Below are positions 38,864 to 48,809 of a DNA stretch of 64,000 bases, in pieces (position 1 is the stretch's first letter; each line of letters starts with the position of its first letter). Source of the DNA: Planctomycetota bacterium (lineage in GTDB: Bacteria > Planctomycetota > UBA1135 > UBA2386). The notes under the pieces were generated by a model. The model was not told the origin of the DNA, did not search any database, and was given only the letters and a program-made list of their open reading frames with translations. Position numbers and translations under genes: made by a program. The DNA is taken from positions 256,001-320,000 of the forward strand of contig CANMWZ010000001.1 in the NCBI GenBank assembly GCA_947501605.1. Reading direction: 5' to 3'.

Positions 38864-40249
38864 TCAGCGTGGCGCCGCCGGCCGGAGCGCCCGCTGGTAA
38901 CAGCCCAGGCGCTCGCGGTAGATCGGTCCGTCGCCACCTCGGGCGATGGCCAGTTGTTGCAACTCGATCGCCTCGCGAACGCGACCGGCCCGAAACAGGG
39001 CCATCGCCGCGGTGTCACACTCGAAGAACTCGAGCGCCGGCTTCTGCTCGAGCATCCGCAATACGAGCACCAGGGCGAACGCGTCGAACCGGCCCGTCGT
39101 GTCGAGGTCCGTCAGCCATCGCCAGGCCTCGTTGTTGATACTGACGCGCCCCGGTTCGCGCTCCAGTGCATCGACTCCGATCTCACGCGCACGCGGCGCG
39201 GATCCCTCGCAGCGCAGCCAGTACAGGAACTGGACGGCCGACAGCGTGCGGGGGTCCGCACCGCGATCCTCGGCACTCCGCAGCGCGCGCGCCGCCAGTT
39301 CCCTGTGCACCTCGGGCAGTTCGTCACCGGTCAGGATCTCGACGTACTCGAGTGCGAGCATCGGGACGCGCTCGACACGACGAGCCAACTGGTGCGCGAG
39401 TCGCCCGACGTCGCGACCTTCACCGGCCTTCACGAGCGCCCGCAGACGCGTCAGTTGCACGTGGAGGTCATCGGGGTGCGCGGCGGCGGCAACGGCCAGC
39501 GACTTGACGAGAGTCTGGGCATACTCCGTGTCGCGGCCGGTGCTGCGCAGCGCCAGACTCGCAAAGGCCGCCAGCGCCCGCGGCTCATTGGCAAGCGCGA
39601 CGACCGCGGCCGCACTCGTCGCCACAGATCCCGCGGGATCCGCCAGCTTCTGCTGCTGGACGGCGAACAGGGCTCCGCGCGCAAGACCGCAGCCCGGGCG
39701 CCGAGCAACGCACCGTTGCAAAGCCTCGAGTGCACGTTCACCGGGCAAGTCCGTGAGATCGCGCCGTAGCAGCAGCCACTCCTCATCGTCGCGTTCGCTT
39801 GCCGCCGCATCCAGCTTGCCGGCAACCAGTGCAGCCGCTTCGGCGAGCAAACCTCGCCTCGGATCGACCGCGGCCACCAGCCTGTCGCGACGGAAGAACG
39901 CAAGGTTGCCCCGCTCGCCCGTCCCGATCGAGTCCGCTGCCAGCGCCGCGCGTGCATCCGCGACTACCGTCAGTTCGAGCAGCGCCTTCGACTCGGACCC
40001 CGGCAGCAACTGCGTCACCACCACCGCGCAGCGCAGCCCGGCATCGCCGTGACGGTGCTTCAGGTCGAGCAGCAACGGCGCGTCGAGCGCAGCCTCGGCA
40101 AGGTCGCGGTAGAAGCCGACGACGGAGGACGCCGGGATGTCGCTGCCGAACACCAGGGCCAATCCTGGCTCCTGCGCCGACCCCGGTAGCGCCATCGCCA
40201 CAACTGCTGCAACGGCCTGGAGCGCCACTTCGCGAATGCCTGCGCGCAT
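38864..40249 (-). CDS. Secreted helical-repeat protein, paralogue of the next gene
   Basis: Signal peptide; C-terminal NNEAW..LTDLDTTGRFD.FAL...DT.A.ALF..G....A.ELQ..A...Y..RL..Y; start placed at MRAGIRE. Confidence 0.75.
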   Translation of the reverse strand: MRAGIREVALQAVAAVVAMALPGSAQEPGLALVFGSDIPASSVVGFYRDLAEAALDAPLLLDLKHRHGDAGLRCAVVVTQLLPGSESKALLELTVVADARAALAADSIGTGERGNLAFFRRDRLVAAVDPRRGLLAEAAALVAGKLDAAASERDDEEWLLLRRDLTDLPGERALEALQRCVARRPGCGLARGALFAVQQQKLADPAGSVATSAAAVVALANEPRALAAFASLALRSTGRDTEYAQTLVKSLAVAAAAHPDDLHVQLTRLRALVKAGEGRDVGRLAHQLARRVERVPMLALEYVEILTGDELPEVHRELAARALRSAEDRGADPRTLSAVQFLYWLRCEGSAPRAREIGVDALEREPGRVSINNEAWRWLTDLDTTGRFDAFALVLVLRMLEQKPALEFFECDTAAMALFRAGRVREAIELQQLAIARGGDGPIYRERLGCYQRALRPAAPR

Positions 40250-40295
40250 GCTGCCTCGGAGATCGGCACGATCGCTCCGCCGGCCGAAGCTCGGT

Positions 40296-41726
40296 TCAGC
40301 GCTTGTTCTCGCCCGCGCGGACCCCGGCCTCACGCGTCGATGCCAACGCCGATTCGTAGCGCTTCAGCCTCGCGGCATAGCGCGGATCGCTGCCACTCCC
40401 CTCGTTTGCCGCAGTCTGCAACTCGGCGGCGCGCTCGAACTGGCCGTTGCAGAACACCACGAGTGCCACGGTGTCCTTGTTGCCGTGATCCATCGCCAAG
40501 CCCTCGAGCCTGCACATCTCATCGACCTGCGCCAGCGCGAAGGGATCGAATCGCCCCATCGTGTCGACCTGGGTCGCGAGGTACCAAGCGTCGTTGTTCA
40601 AGGACCCCGCGTACGAGCTATCCCCACGGTAGTCGCTCAACAGCTTTGTGATCGCCTCTGCATCGGCGCCACAGCGGACCAAGACCTTGTGCTTCCCGAT
40701 CGCGATGAGACGCGGCTCCACCGCCGACGCCGCAGCCAGCGAAAGGGCCCGGTCGGCGAGATCGCGGAAGGCCGGCGGGGAACGCGCTTCCATCAGCGTC
40801 TCCGCAAACCAGAGTTGGAGCATGCCCGAATCTCCGAGGAGCTGCGGCAACTGGGCCGCCACCCGCCCGGCGAGCCGGTCCTGACCGGCAAGCAGCAGAG
40901 CTCGCAGGTAGACGAGCTGTGTGACGGCGCCGCGTGGAGCGGTCGCCGCCGCCGGAGCCAGAGCCACCACCAGGGTCTTCGCCATCGACCTGTTCGTGTG
41001 ATCGCCGCGCAGCGTCAGGTCGGCGAAGGGCACCAGTGCAATCGGGTCGCTGCCGATCACAGTCATGGCCGCATCGAACAGCCGTTGCGCTTCGTGGTAG
41101 TCACCCTTGCACCACCACTGCTCTAGGACCTGAAGCGCCCGCGCGCGCCCACTGTGGGGCAACGACTTCACGCAATGAGCGATGGCCTCCGCAAAGTCCC
41201 CGCCATCGCCGACGCGGTACATCAGCGAATCGAGGAGGCTGTCGACCTCGGAAGGCGCCGTGCGCGCCAGATCAAGAGCCAACGCCGCCTCGATGCGATC
41301 CGTACAGTTGTCCGGTGCGGTCCACGTCACCGCGTCACCCGCGTTGCCGGAGTACAACTGGAAGAGAACCGCACCCGCTACTGGCGGCAGTTGCAGCTCC
41401 GCCTCAGCGACGCCGAAGCCAGGATGCGATGCCGCGATCCTGGCGGCAACGTCAGGGCGCGCACCAACAACCACCGCAAGTCCACGGTCGCCATAGCGAG
41501 CTTGGATATCCGAGAGCCAGGAGGCCTGATCGAGATAGTCGAACCTGTCGTCGCCGTAGCCGACACAGAGCGTCCACTGCACGCGCTTTGGCGCATTGTC
41601 TGGAGCGTGCAACTGCTTGCCGAGGTGCACGTGTGGATCAGACGCGCTCTCCTGCCCGCGCGCACCGACGCAGAGGCAGAAGCAGACCGTCAACGAGCGG
41701 ATCGTCGCGTGCAGCATGGCGGACAT
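40296..41726 (-). CDS. Secreted helical-repeat protein with a degenerate thioredoxin-like N-terminus
   Basis: LSDIQARYGDRGLAVVVG; C-terminal NNDAWYLATQVDTMGRFD.FAL...DT.A...F..G....A.ELQ..A...Y..RL..Y. Confidence 0.75.
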   Translation of the reverse strand: MSAMLHATIRSLTVCFCLCVGARGQESASDPHVHLGKQLHAPDNAPKRVQWTLCVGYGDDRFDYLDQASWLSDIQARYGDRGLAVVVGARPDVAARIAASHPGFGVAEAELQLPPVAGAVLFQLYSGNAGDAVTWTAPDNCTDRIEAALALDLARTAPSEVDSLLDSLMYRVGDGGDFAEAIAHCVKSLPHSGRARALQVLEQWWCKGDYHEAQRLFDAAMTVIGSDPIALVPFADLTLRGDHTNRSMAKTLVVALAPAAATAPRGAVTQLVYLRALLLAGQDRLAGRVAAQLPQLLGDSGMLQLWFAETLMEARSPPAFRDLADRALSLAAASAVEPRLIAIGKHKVLVRCGADAEAITKLLSDYRGDSSYAGSLNNDAWYLATQVDTMGRFDPFALAQVDEMCRLEGLAMDHGNKDTVALVVFCNGQFERAAELQTAANEGSGSDPRYAARLKRYESALASTREAGVRAGENKR

Positions 41727-41750
41727 TGTGGCCACCGCGGCCGATTGTCG

Positions 41751-42371
41751 CTACCGCCCCGCCGGCGGTTCGGCATTCACCGACGACTGCATCGTCGTCT
41801 CGGTGCGCATGCGGCCCGACAGTTCGTCGACGACTTGCTGCACGGCTTGCGACAATGCTCGCACTGCACCTTCTGGCCCGGATTCGTGAATGGCGACCAC
41901 AGTGCGGAACTCGTCGGCGAAGACGAGGCCGGAACGGTTCTCGATCCAGAAGGAGAACGATGCACGCGCGCTGCGCGGCGAGGTCGCTGAAGCTCGCTGT
42001 TCGGAGAAATCGAGGATGCGCCCGTTCAGCGTGTAGTCCTCGCCACCGCCGTCGCCGGAGCTCTTGACCAACGCCCACAACCGCGTCCGCGAGAGTCCGA
42101 GGACGAACGCGTCGGTGACGAGCCGATCGAGCGGCGCCACCCAATGGTCGTAATCGCAGGTCTCGAGCTTCGACGGGCCGCTGGCCACTACTAGGCAATC
42201 GCCTGACAGCGAGTTGCCCAACTGCAGATCCCCGACGCGTAGGACGCCGCGCTGCGGCAGATCGCTCGCAGCTGTCGCCGGAAGATCGAGTCGCCAGAAC
42301 TGCTCGCGCGGCAACTCAACGCTGCCGCAGGCTGCAAGTGACCCAATGACCACGAACGGGGCATATCTCAT
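41751..42371 (-). CDS. PqiC-like ABC transport auxiliary lipoprotein
   Basis: Lipobox LAA|C; Y..WVAP...L; L.G.I.DF; follows the MCE gene with a 4-bp overlap. Confidence 0.85.
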   Translation of the reverse strand: MRYAPFVVIGSLAACGSVELPREQFWRLDLPATAASDLPQRGVLRVGDLQLGNSLSGDCLVVASGPSKLETCDYDHWVAPLDRLVTDAFVLGLSRTRLWALVKSSGDGGGEDYTLNGRILDFSEQRASATSPRSARASFSFWIENRSGLVFADEFRTVVAIHESGPEGAVRALSQAVQQVVDELSGRMRTETTMQSSVNAEPPAGR

Positions 42372-43207
42372 CGCTCGCTCCCTGCCGGTGCGGCCGGCCT
42401 GTTGACTCCGAACAGCAGGCTGTCGGGCGCAAGCCGCAACTGCCGCATGAAACCACGCAACTCGTCGAGGGAGCCCCGTGCGTTGGCGATCGCCGACTGC
42501 AGTGGCGCGCGCACCGCCGCGATCATTGCCCGGCTCTCGCCGCCGACGGCCGTCACCTCAGTGCGGATCGCGAACGAGGTCGCCTCCAGTTCGGTCAGCA
42601 CCGCATCCGCGCGCGACATCAGCGACCGCCCCTGCTCGATAGCCGCCGGCAGGGCTGCCAACGTCGCATCGGTGCTCTTCAGGATCGCTGCGACATGGCC
42701 GCGGTTGTCCTCGTCGAGGAACGCGTTGCACTGGTTGAGCATCGAGTCGATGCGCTCGAGCACGCTGCCGATCTGCGGCACGAGCTCTGGCAAGGTCTTC
42801 GTCAACTGGTTGATCGGGTCGGTCTTGGTCTGGATGTACTCACCAGGCACCAAGGAACGACCCTCGCCCCAGCCCTCGAGCTCGACCGTCACCTGGCCGG
42901 TGACCAACAAGCGATCAAGACGCGCCAGGGTCACATCTTGGATGTCGGCGCGCCGTGGGTCGACAGTCACTTCGACCAGCGTCTTGCCGCCTTGGAAGCG
43001 GATGTCCTGCACCATGCCGATCGGCACGCCTTGGAAGTTGACCTTGCTGCCGATCACCATGCCCTTCACGTTCTCCTCGAACACTATGAAGTAGGAGACG
43101 CGAGCATTGCCGAGAGCGCCCTGCAGCACGAAGGCCAGCAGGCCGAAGAACGCAACCCCGGCGACGAGCGCCAGAAGGCCGAGACGAAAACGCCTGCCGC
43201 CGTGCAT
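42368..43207 (-). CDS. mlaD: MlaD/MCE-domain protein
   Basis: TM, F.E.V.GM.IGSKV.FQGVPIG.V, LVTGQ..VEL, helical tail ending L...PDSLLFG. Confidence 0.92.
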   Translation of the reverse strand: MHGGRRFRLGLLALVAGVAFFGLLAFVLQGALGNARVSYFIVFEENVKGMVIGSKVNFQGVPIGMVQDIRFQGGKTLVEVTVDPRRADIQDVTLARLDRLLVTGQVTVELEGWGEGRSLVPGEYIQTKTDPINQLTKTLPELVPQIGSVLERIDSMLNQCNAFLDEDNRGHVAAILKSTDATLAALPAAIEQGRSLMSRADAVLTELEATSFAIRTEVTAVGGESRAMIAAVRAPLQSAIANARGSLDELRGFMRQLRLAPDSLLFGVNRPAAPAGSER

Positions 43208-43210
43208 CGG

Positions 43211-44074
43211 TCAGATCTCCATCAACGTTGCCACGTCCATACCACGACCCGACGCCTCGCTCATGCGACGCTCGATGAAGTCGCGGATGCGCGGATCGGG
43301 ACTGTTCCATACGTCGTCGCGCGGGCCGAGCGCCGCGACCTTGCCGTCCAGCAGTACGACGATGCGATCGGCGATCTCGTACGCCGACGGCAGGTCATGC
43401 GTCACCACGACCATGGTGATGCCGAACACCTTGTTGAGTTTGCAGATGAGGTTGTCGACCTCTGCGGCGGTGATCGGGTCGAGGCCCGCCGACGGCTCGT
43501 CGAAGAACACGATCTCCGGATCGAGAGCGATGGCGCGCGCGATCGCCGCCCGCTTCTTCATGCCGCCCGACAGCGAGCTGGGCAGCAGATGCGCTGCGTG
43601 CAACAGGCCGACCATCTCGAGCTTCATGCGCGCCGTCGCCTCGATGACACGCGCCGGCAAGTCGGTGTTCTCACGCAGCGGCAACATCACGTTTTCGATG
43701 ACCGTGAGACTGCCGAGCAGAGCCCCACCCTGGAACGACAGTCCCGTGCGGCGGCGCAGCGCCTGCAGTTGGTCTGGTGACGCTCGGTAGACATCCTGGC
43801 CGTCGATCGTCACCGCACCCAACGATGGTGCGAGCAGGCCGCACAGATGCCGCAGCAACGTAGTCTTGCCGCAGCCCGACGGCCCCATCACCACGAACAC
43901 TTCGCCGCGGCGGATCGCGAGGTCGATGCCCTGCAGCACCGTGCGCTCGCCGAAAATGCTGGTCAGCGCGACCGCGCGCATCAGATCGTCGGTCTGACGA
44001 CGCACAGGCAAGCCGAACGCCTTCGGTGCGGGCGGCTGCGGGAGGGTGAACGCGAACGGTTCCGCAGTGGTCAT
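43211..44074 (-). CDS. mlaF: MlaF/Mkl-family ABC ATPase
   Basis: GPSGCGKT, FQGGAL, LSGGMKKRAAIARA.ALDP, FDEPSAGLDPI, VTHD; start placed at MTTAEP. Confidence 0.93.
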   Translation of the reverse strand: MTTAEPFAFTLPQPPAPKAFGLPVRRQTDDLMRAVALTSIFGERTVLQGIDLAIRRGEVFVVMGPSGCGKTTLLRHLCGLLAPSLGAVTIDGQDVYRASPDQLQALRRRTGLSFQGGALLGSLTVIENVMLPLRENTDLPARVIEATARMKLEMVGLLHAAHLLPSSLSGGMKKRAAIARAIALDPEIVFFDEPSAGLDPITAAEVDNLICKLNKVFGITMVVVTHDLPSAYEIADRIVVLLDGKVAALGPRDDVWNSPDPRIRDFIERRMSEASGRGMDVATLMEI

Positions 44075-45174
44075 GCGAGCACCAGCCTCTGCACGGTGAC
44101 GAACACCGCGTCGACAACGATGATCAGGAAAATGCCCACTACGACGGCGTTGGTCGTCGCACGGCCGACGCCTTCGCTCCCGCCTTGAACCCGGAGGCCG
44201 AGCGAACAGCCGACGACCCCGATGATGAAGCCAAAGCTCAGGCTCTTGAAGGTCGCGAACGCGAAGTCCGAGAGATGCAGCGCCTGCTTGAGCTGGGCGC
44301 TGAACGCGAGGAACTCGATGTCGGCGACGCCCCAAGCGAACAACGCGCCGCCACAGATGCCGACGACGTCGAAGATCACGGTCAGCATGATTGCCGACAC
44401 CGCGCAGGCGAGGACCTTGGGCACCACGAGGAAGCCAGTCGGCCGGATGCCCATCTGCTTCAGCGCGTCGATTTCCTCGCCCACGACCATGGAGCCGAGT
44501 TGCGCGGCGTTGCTGGAGCCTGAGCGCGCCGCCAGCGCGATCGCGGTCATCAGCGGACCGATCTCGGACATCACCGAGACGCCGACCATGTCGGCGACGT
44601 AGATCTCGCAGCCGAAGATGCGCAGCTGCACCCACGCTTGCATCGCGAGGATCAGCCCGAGCAAGAAGGCAATGAGCAGGATGATCGGCAGCGCTCCGCC
44701 GGCGCATTGATCAATCTCCATCGCAGTGCGATCGAGCCGCAGTCTCTGGCCGCGGAACGGCCCTACGGTCACAGCTTCGATCACTTCGCCCGCGGTACGC
44801 AGCACGCCGAGCAAGCCATCGATCTTGGGCTCGACCAGGGCGCCGAGACGCTCTACCGGGTTCGGCTTCTCCGCCGCAGGCGGTGGCTTGCCGGCCAACC
44901 GATCGATCGAGACCAGGGAGAAGAAGTCGAGCATCGGCTGGCTCAGCCCACGCAATCGCACTTCGACGCCGTGTTCGCGCGCCCGGCGCATGCCCTCGAC
45001 GACCGTCGACAGGCCCGCCGAGTCGAACGTTCCGACCTCCCCCAGGTCGAGCACCAGACGCGTCGGCTTGCTCCGGATCTCGCGATCGAGATCCGCCAGC
45101 AAAGCGGCCGCAGTAGTGCGATCCAGGCACTTGCCGAGGGCAATCGTCGCCGGCGAGGCGATCGTCGCGGTCAC
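44071..45174 (-). CDS. mlaE: STAS(MlaB-like)-MlaE fusion permease
   Basis: N-terminal STAS (LVLDLGEV..FDSAGL), then EIGPLMTAI.LAARSGS..AAQLGSM...EEIDAL; GTG start assumed. Confidence 0.92.
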   Translation of the reverse strand: MTATIASPATIALGKCLDRTTAAALLADLDREIRSKPTRLVLDLGEVGTFDSAGLSTVVEGMRRAREHGVEVRLRGLSQPMLDFFSLVSIDRLAGKPPPAAEKPNPVERLGALVEPKIDGLLGVLRTAGEVIEAVTVGPFRGQRLRLDRTAMEIDQCAGGALPIILLIAFLLGLILAMQAWVQLRIFGCEIYVADMVGVSVMSEIGPLMTAIALAARSGSSNAAQLGSMVVGEEIDALKQMGIRPTGFLVVPKVLACAVSAIMLTVIFDVVGICGGALFAWGVADIEFLAFSAQLKQALHLSDFAFATFKSLSFGFIIGVVGCSLGLRVQGGSEGVGRATTNAVVVGIFLIIVVDAVFVTVQRLVLA

Positions 45175-45389
45175 AGCGCAGGTCCTTTGGGAGGGAGGTT
45201 CACGGCGGTCGGTGTCGCTGTATCGGACACCAGAGCGCGCGACTTGACCCTTGCCATGGGCGTTCTGGAGGCCCCCTGCCCTTGCTCGTCGCACCGTTCG
45301 CGGCTGGAATGACGAGGTGCTGCCCTTCAAGGCGCACAGACCCCTGTTGTCTCGGCTCCGGTCCACCGGCCAAGGCTCCTTCTGCCAAC

Positions 45390-48300
45390 ATGAAAGCCAC
45401 CTTCTTCCTGGGCTTGCTCCAGCTGTTGTTCGCGACCTGCGCCGGAGCTCCGTCGCTGACCCCCGAGGCCTCGACCCAACTGGCGGTCGCCCGCCGCCAC
45501 CTTGCGGAGAAGGACCCGGATTCGGCACTCGCCATCACCGACAAGCTGCGCAAAGACTGGCCGCAGTGGGCCGAAATGTGGCTGGTTGCTGGCGACGGCA
45601 ATCTGCAACTCGTCGGCCTCGATCGTCGCGGCCTGAACGCGCAAGCAGTTCTCGGCGATGCCGAGACCAGCTATCTGCGCGCCACTGAACTCGAGCCGCT
45701 GAGTGCAGCAGCGTGGCACGGCCTCGCCCAGACTCGCTACCAACTCGGCGACTTTGAGAATGCGCGCCTCGCCGCAGCCGCAGCGATCGATCGCTTCGAT
45801 CGCCCGAAGTCCGCGCCGGGTGCAGCGGCCCCCAGCGCTCTCATTGCGGCGCGCTGCTGCCAGCAGCAACTCGTGGCGCTGCGGCAGGAGGAACTGAACT
45901 CCGGCAAGCCAGACGACCGCGGCGAGATCCCGGTTGAGCAGGAGACCTACCAAAAGGCACAGCAGGCTCTCGCCTACTTCACGCTGTGCCAGCAGGCGCT
46001 GCCTGGAGATGCCTACCGTGGTGCGGCGACGGTCTACCAGTGGATCGACCAGAAGGACGAGGCCATGCGTGAGCTGGAGCGCGGCATCGCAGCGGCTCCC
46101 GAAGTTGCCGATGTGCACATCGCCTACCAAGACCTGCACATGCAGATGGGCCAGCAGCGCGCACTGGCAGGCGCCTACGCGCGGCTGGTTCGCGAACAGC
46201 AGGGGCAGGCGATCCTGTTGTGGTTCAAGGGCCGCGCCGAAGTGATCGTCGCCGACGATCTGCGCACGCGACAGAACTTCCAGGCTGCCATCGAGGCCTA
46301 CCGCAAGGCTGCCTCCAGCTACCGGGACTACGCGCAAAAGGTGCCAGGTCACCGCGACGCTGCGAACCAGTGGATCGCCATCTGCGAGCTATCGATCGCG
46401 CGATCGGCCACCGAGATGGGCGATGTCGCTTCCGCCCGCGAACACCTGTTCCAAAGCGCTGAGGCCTCACCGTTGGCGGTCGACTACGACGGCATGGAAC
46501 CAAAGCTGCGCGACAGCTTCGGCAGTCACTTCGCGGGCGTGGTCTTTGCCATCGGCCGCGTGCTCAGCGCCAATGTCGACCAGCAGGCGTTGGAGCAGAC
46601 GGTTGCGTTCTATGACGAGGTCATCGAGAAGTACCCCGGCCGCTGGGGCTTCGTCTACAACAACGCGGCGCTGCCGTGTCGCGACCTCGGCGTCTTGCTC
46701 GTGCGCGATGTCGAGAAGCTCGCGACTGAGCAGCGCGAAGTGGCGATGACCAAGGCCATGCAGCTGTGGGAGAAGAGCTATCGCTACTACGAAGACGCCG
46801 TGAAGCTCTCGCCCGAGGACGCGCGCATCGTCAATGACTGCGGGCTGATGCTCATCTACCATCTCAACCGCGACTTCGACCGCGCTCGCGAGCTGTTTGA
46901 TCGCGCAATCACCGTGGGCCAACCGCAACTGGACGCGCTGCCGCAGGAAACGCCGCAGGAGGACCGCAGGCTGCTCGAAGAAGCGATCGGCGATGCGTGG
47001 CAGAACATCGGCGTTCTCATGACTGGTCACTTGCAGCGTCCCTTCGCGGAAGCAAAGCCGTTCCTCGAACAGGCCGTGAAGTTCTACCCCTACCAACAAC
47101 GCGAGGCCGCGCACATGCTGCAGAACGGCGGCAAGACCTCGAACGCCGCGCGCCTCAACCCACGTAGCCTGCAAGGCTCCAGCGGCACCAACGCTGTCGT
47201 GGCATCGCTCAGCCAAGGCAATGAAGCCGAAGTGCTCGCGAAGGCCAAGGCCAAGGCAGACGAAGCCGCCAAGGACAGCGATCTCGACACCGCTCTGGCC
47301 GAGCTCGACAAGGTGAAGAAGGAGCTGAAGGAATACGCCCCGTACCAAGCGCTACGCGGCGACTTCTCATTGCGTTACGCCCGGCAAGCACTCGCTGAGA
47401 ACCGCAAGGGCGCGGATCTGCTCTTTGCCGACGCGGTGACGGTGCTGCAGCGCGCCGTGCAACTCGACAGCGAGCCGATTGCGCCTCGCCAGATGCTGGC
47501 CGAGGCGCAGTACGAGGCCGGGCAGCTGCCCGAAGCCGTCGCGACCATTTCGGCGATGTTGCTGCACATGCAATCCCAGGGTAGCGGTGAGGAAGCCGCC
47601 GTGATCGCCGCTCACCGTGTGCGCAGCAATGCAGCTTCCCGCGTCTACATGGGCGCGAAGGCTGCTGCGAACGCCAAGGCCGTACTGGACGAAGCGCGCA
47701 TCTCCTTTCGCTATCTCGAGCAGAAGCAGGCCGTCGATGCCGAGACCCGCCGCACGTGGGCAACGATGGAGACCTGGGCCGAGGCAGCTCCCGAGGCCGT
47801 CGGAGTCTACGTCCGAGCACTCGCGCAGACGCCCCTGGACCAGACGCTACTGACCGCGGTTGTGGACACCGCCCAGTCGGTCGGCGAACCGGCACTCGCG
47901 GTCGATGCACTCAAGGCGCGCACCGACGCCTCGGGTCTCTGGTACCTGGGCCGCGCACGGTTTCTCGCTGGTTCGATGCTGCGCACAACCGGCAAGTTCG
48001 ACGAAGCGATGGCCGAACTCGATCTGGCCAAGACCGCATTCGAACAGTCCATGAAGGCGAACCCGAGCTTTGCCGACAGTTGCCAACAGTGGATCGCGAT
48101 CTGTACTGGCAAGCAGGGCAACGCCGCGCTCGCCAAGAAGGACTGGGCGACAGCCGAGAAACTGCTGCTCGAGGCCGTACGCCAGCGCCCCGACCGCATC
48201 AACGACGACCTCGGGCTGCAAGAGACCACGAAGATCGGAGTGATGACGCTCGCCGATCACTACGCGCGCGCGGGCGACCTCGGCAAGACCGAGGCGATCT

Positions 48301-48809
48301 ATCGCGCCGCCGTTTCTCTGGCCGACAGCGATCTCGACCTACTCAACAACGAGGGCCTGTTTGCCCGCGATCATGGCAACGCGCTGGCGCGCGATGGCAA
48401 GCAGAAGAAGGCGATGGAGCTCTACGAGCAGAGCTACAAGGCCTACACCCGCGCCGCCGAACTCGATGCCCAGAACGTGCGCCTGCAGAACGACCGCGCC
48501 CTCATCGCGATCCACTACCTGGAGCGCGACTGGGACGAGAACAAGGTCATCCTCGACCGCGCGATCGCGGCTGGCGAGCAGCAACTGACGGCCTTCCCTA
48601 CGGACAATCCGCAGGGGCGTCAAACGCTCGACGAGGCCCTCGGCGACTGCTACGAGAACCTCGCTCTGTGGCACCTCAAGCACAGCGGTGACGCAGCTGC
48701 GGCGAAGCATGCGGCGGAGAACAGCCTGCTGCACCATCCAGGCAAAAGCCGCCCCGGCGCCAAGCGACATCTGCTCGAAGCCGAGAAGACGCTCAAGGAG
48801 TCAAAGTGA
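45390..48809 (+). CDS. Large secreted TPR protein with two homologous halves
   Basis: Signal peptide MKATFFLG; duplicated W..GRA, QWIAIC, NN..L..RD.G, ND..L...HL/YL, EA.GD...N blocks. Confidence 0.85.
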   Translation: MKATFFLGLLQLLFATCAGAPSLTPEASTQLAVARRHLAEKDPDSALAITDKLRKDWPQWAEMWLVAGDGNLQLVGLDRRGLNAQAVLGDAETSYLRATELEPLSAAAWHGLAQTRYQLGDFENARLAAAAAIDRFDRPKSAPGAAAPSALIAARCCQQQLVALRQEELNSGKPDDRGEIPVEQETYQKAQQALAYFTLCQQALPGDAYRGAATVYQWIDQKDEAMRELERGIAAAPEVADVHIAYQDLHMQMGQQRALAGAYARLVREQQGQAILLWFKGRAEVIVADDLRTRQNFQAAIEAYRKAASSYRDYAQKVPGHRDAANQWIAICELSIARSATEMGDVASAREHLFQSAEASPLAVDYDGMEPKLRDSFGSHFAGVVFAIGRVLSANVDQQALEQTVAFYDEVIEKYPGRWGFVYNNAALPCRDLGVLLVRDVEKLATEQREVAMTKAMQLWEKSYRYYEDAVKLSPEDARIVNDCGLMLIYHLNRDFDRARELFDRAITVGQPQLDALPQETPQEDRRLLEEAIGDAWQNIGVLMTGHLQRPFAEAKPFLEQAVKFYPYQQREAAHMLQNGGKTSNAARLNPRSLQGSSGTNAVVASLSQGNEAEVLAKAKAKADEAAKDSDLDTALAELDKVKKELKEYAPYQALRGDFSLRYARQALAENRKGADLLFADAVTVLQRAVQLDSEPIAPRQMLAEAQYEAGQLPEAVATISAMLLHMQSQGSGEEAAVIAAHRVRSNAASRVYMGAKAAANAKAVLDEARISFRYLEQKQAVDAETRRTWATMETWAEAAPEAVGVYVRALAQTPLDQTLLTAVVDTAQSVGEPALAVDALKARTDASGLWYLGRARFLAGSMLRTTGKFDEAMAELDLAKTAFEQSMKANPSFADSCQQWIAICTGKQGNAALAKKDWATAEKLLLEAVRQRPDRINDDLGLQETTKIGVMTLADHYARAGDLGKTEAIYRAAVSLADSDLDLLNNEGLFARDHGNALARDGKQKKAMELYEQSYKAYTRAAELDAQNVRLQNDRALIAIHYLERDWDENKVILDRAIAAGEQQLTAFPTDNPQGRQTLDEALGDCYENLALWHLKHSGDAAAAKHAAENSLLHHPGKSRPGAKRHLLEAEKTLKESK

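Noticed and set aside
44075..44707. Apparent N-terminal extension or fusion of mlaF (498-aa ORF)
   Set aside because: Out-of-frame overlap with mlaE; the real start overlaps the mlaE stop at 44074
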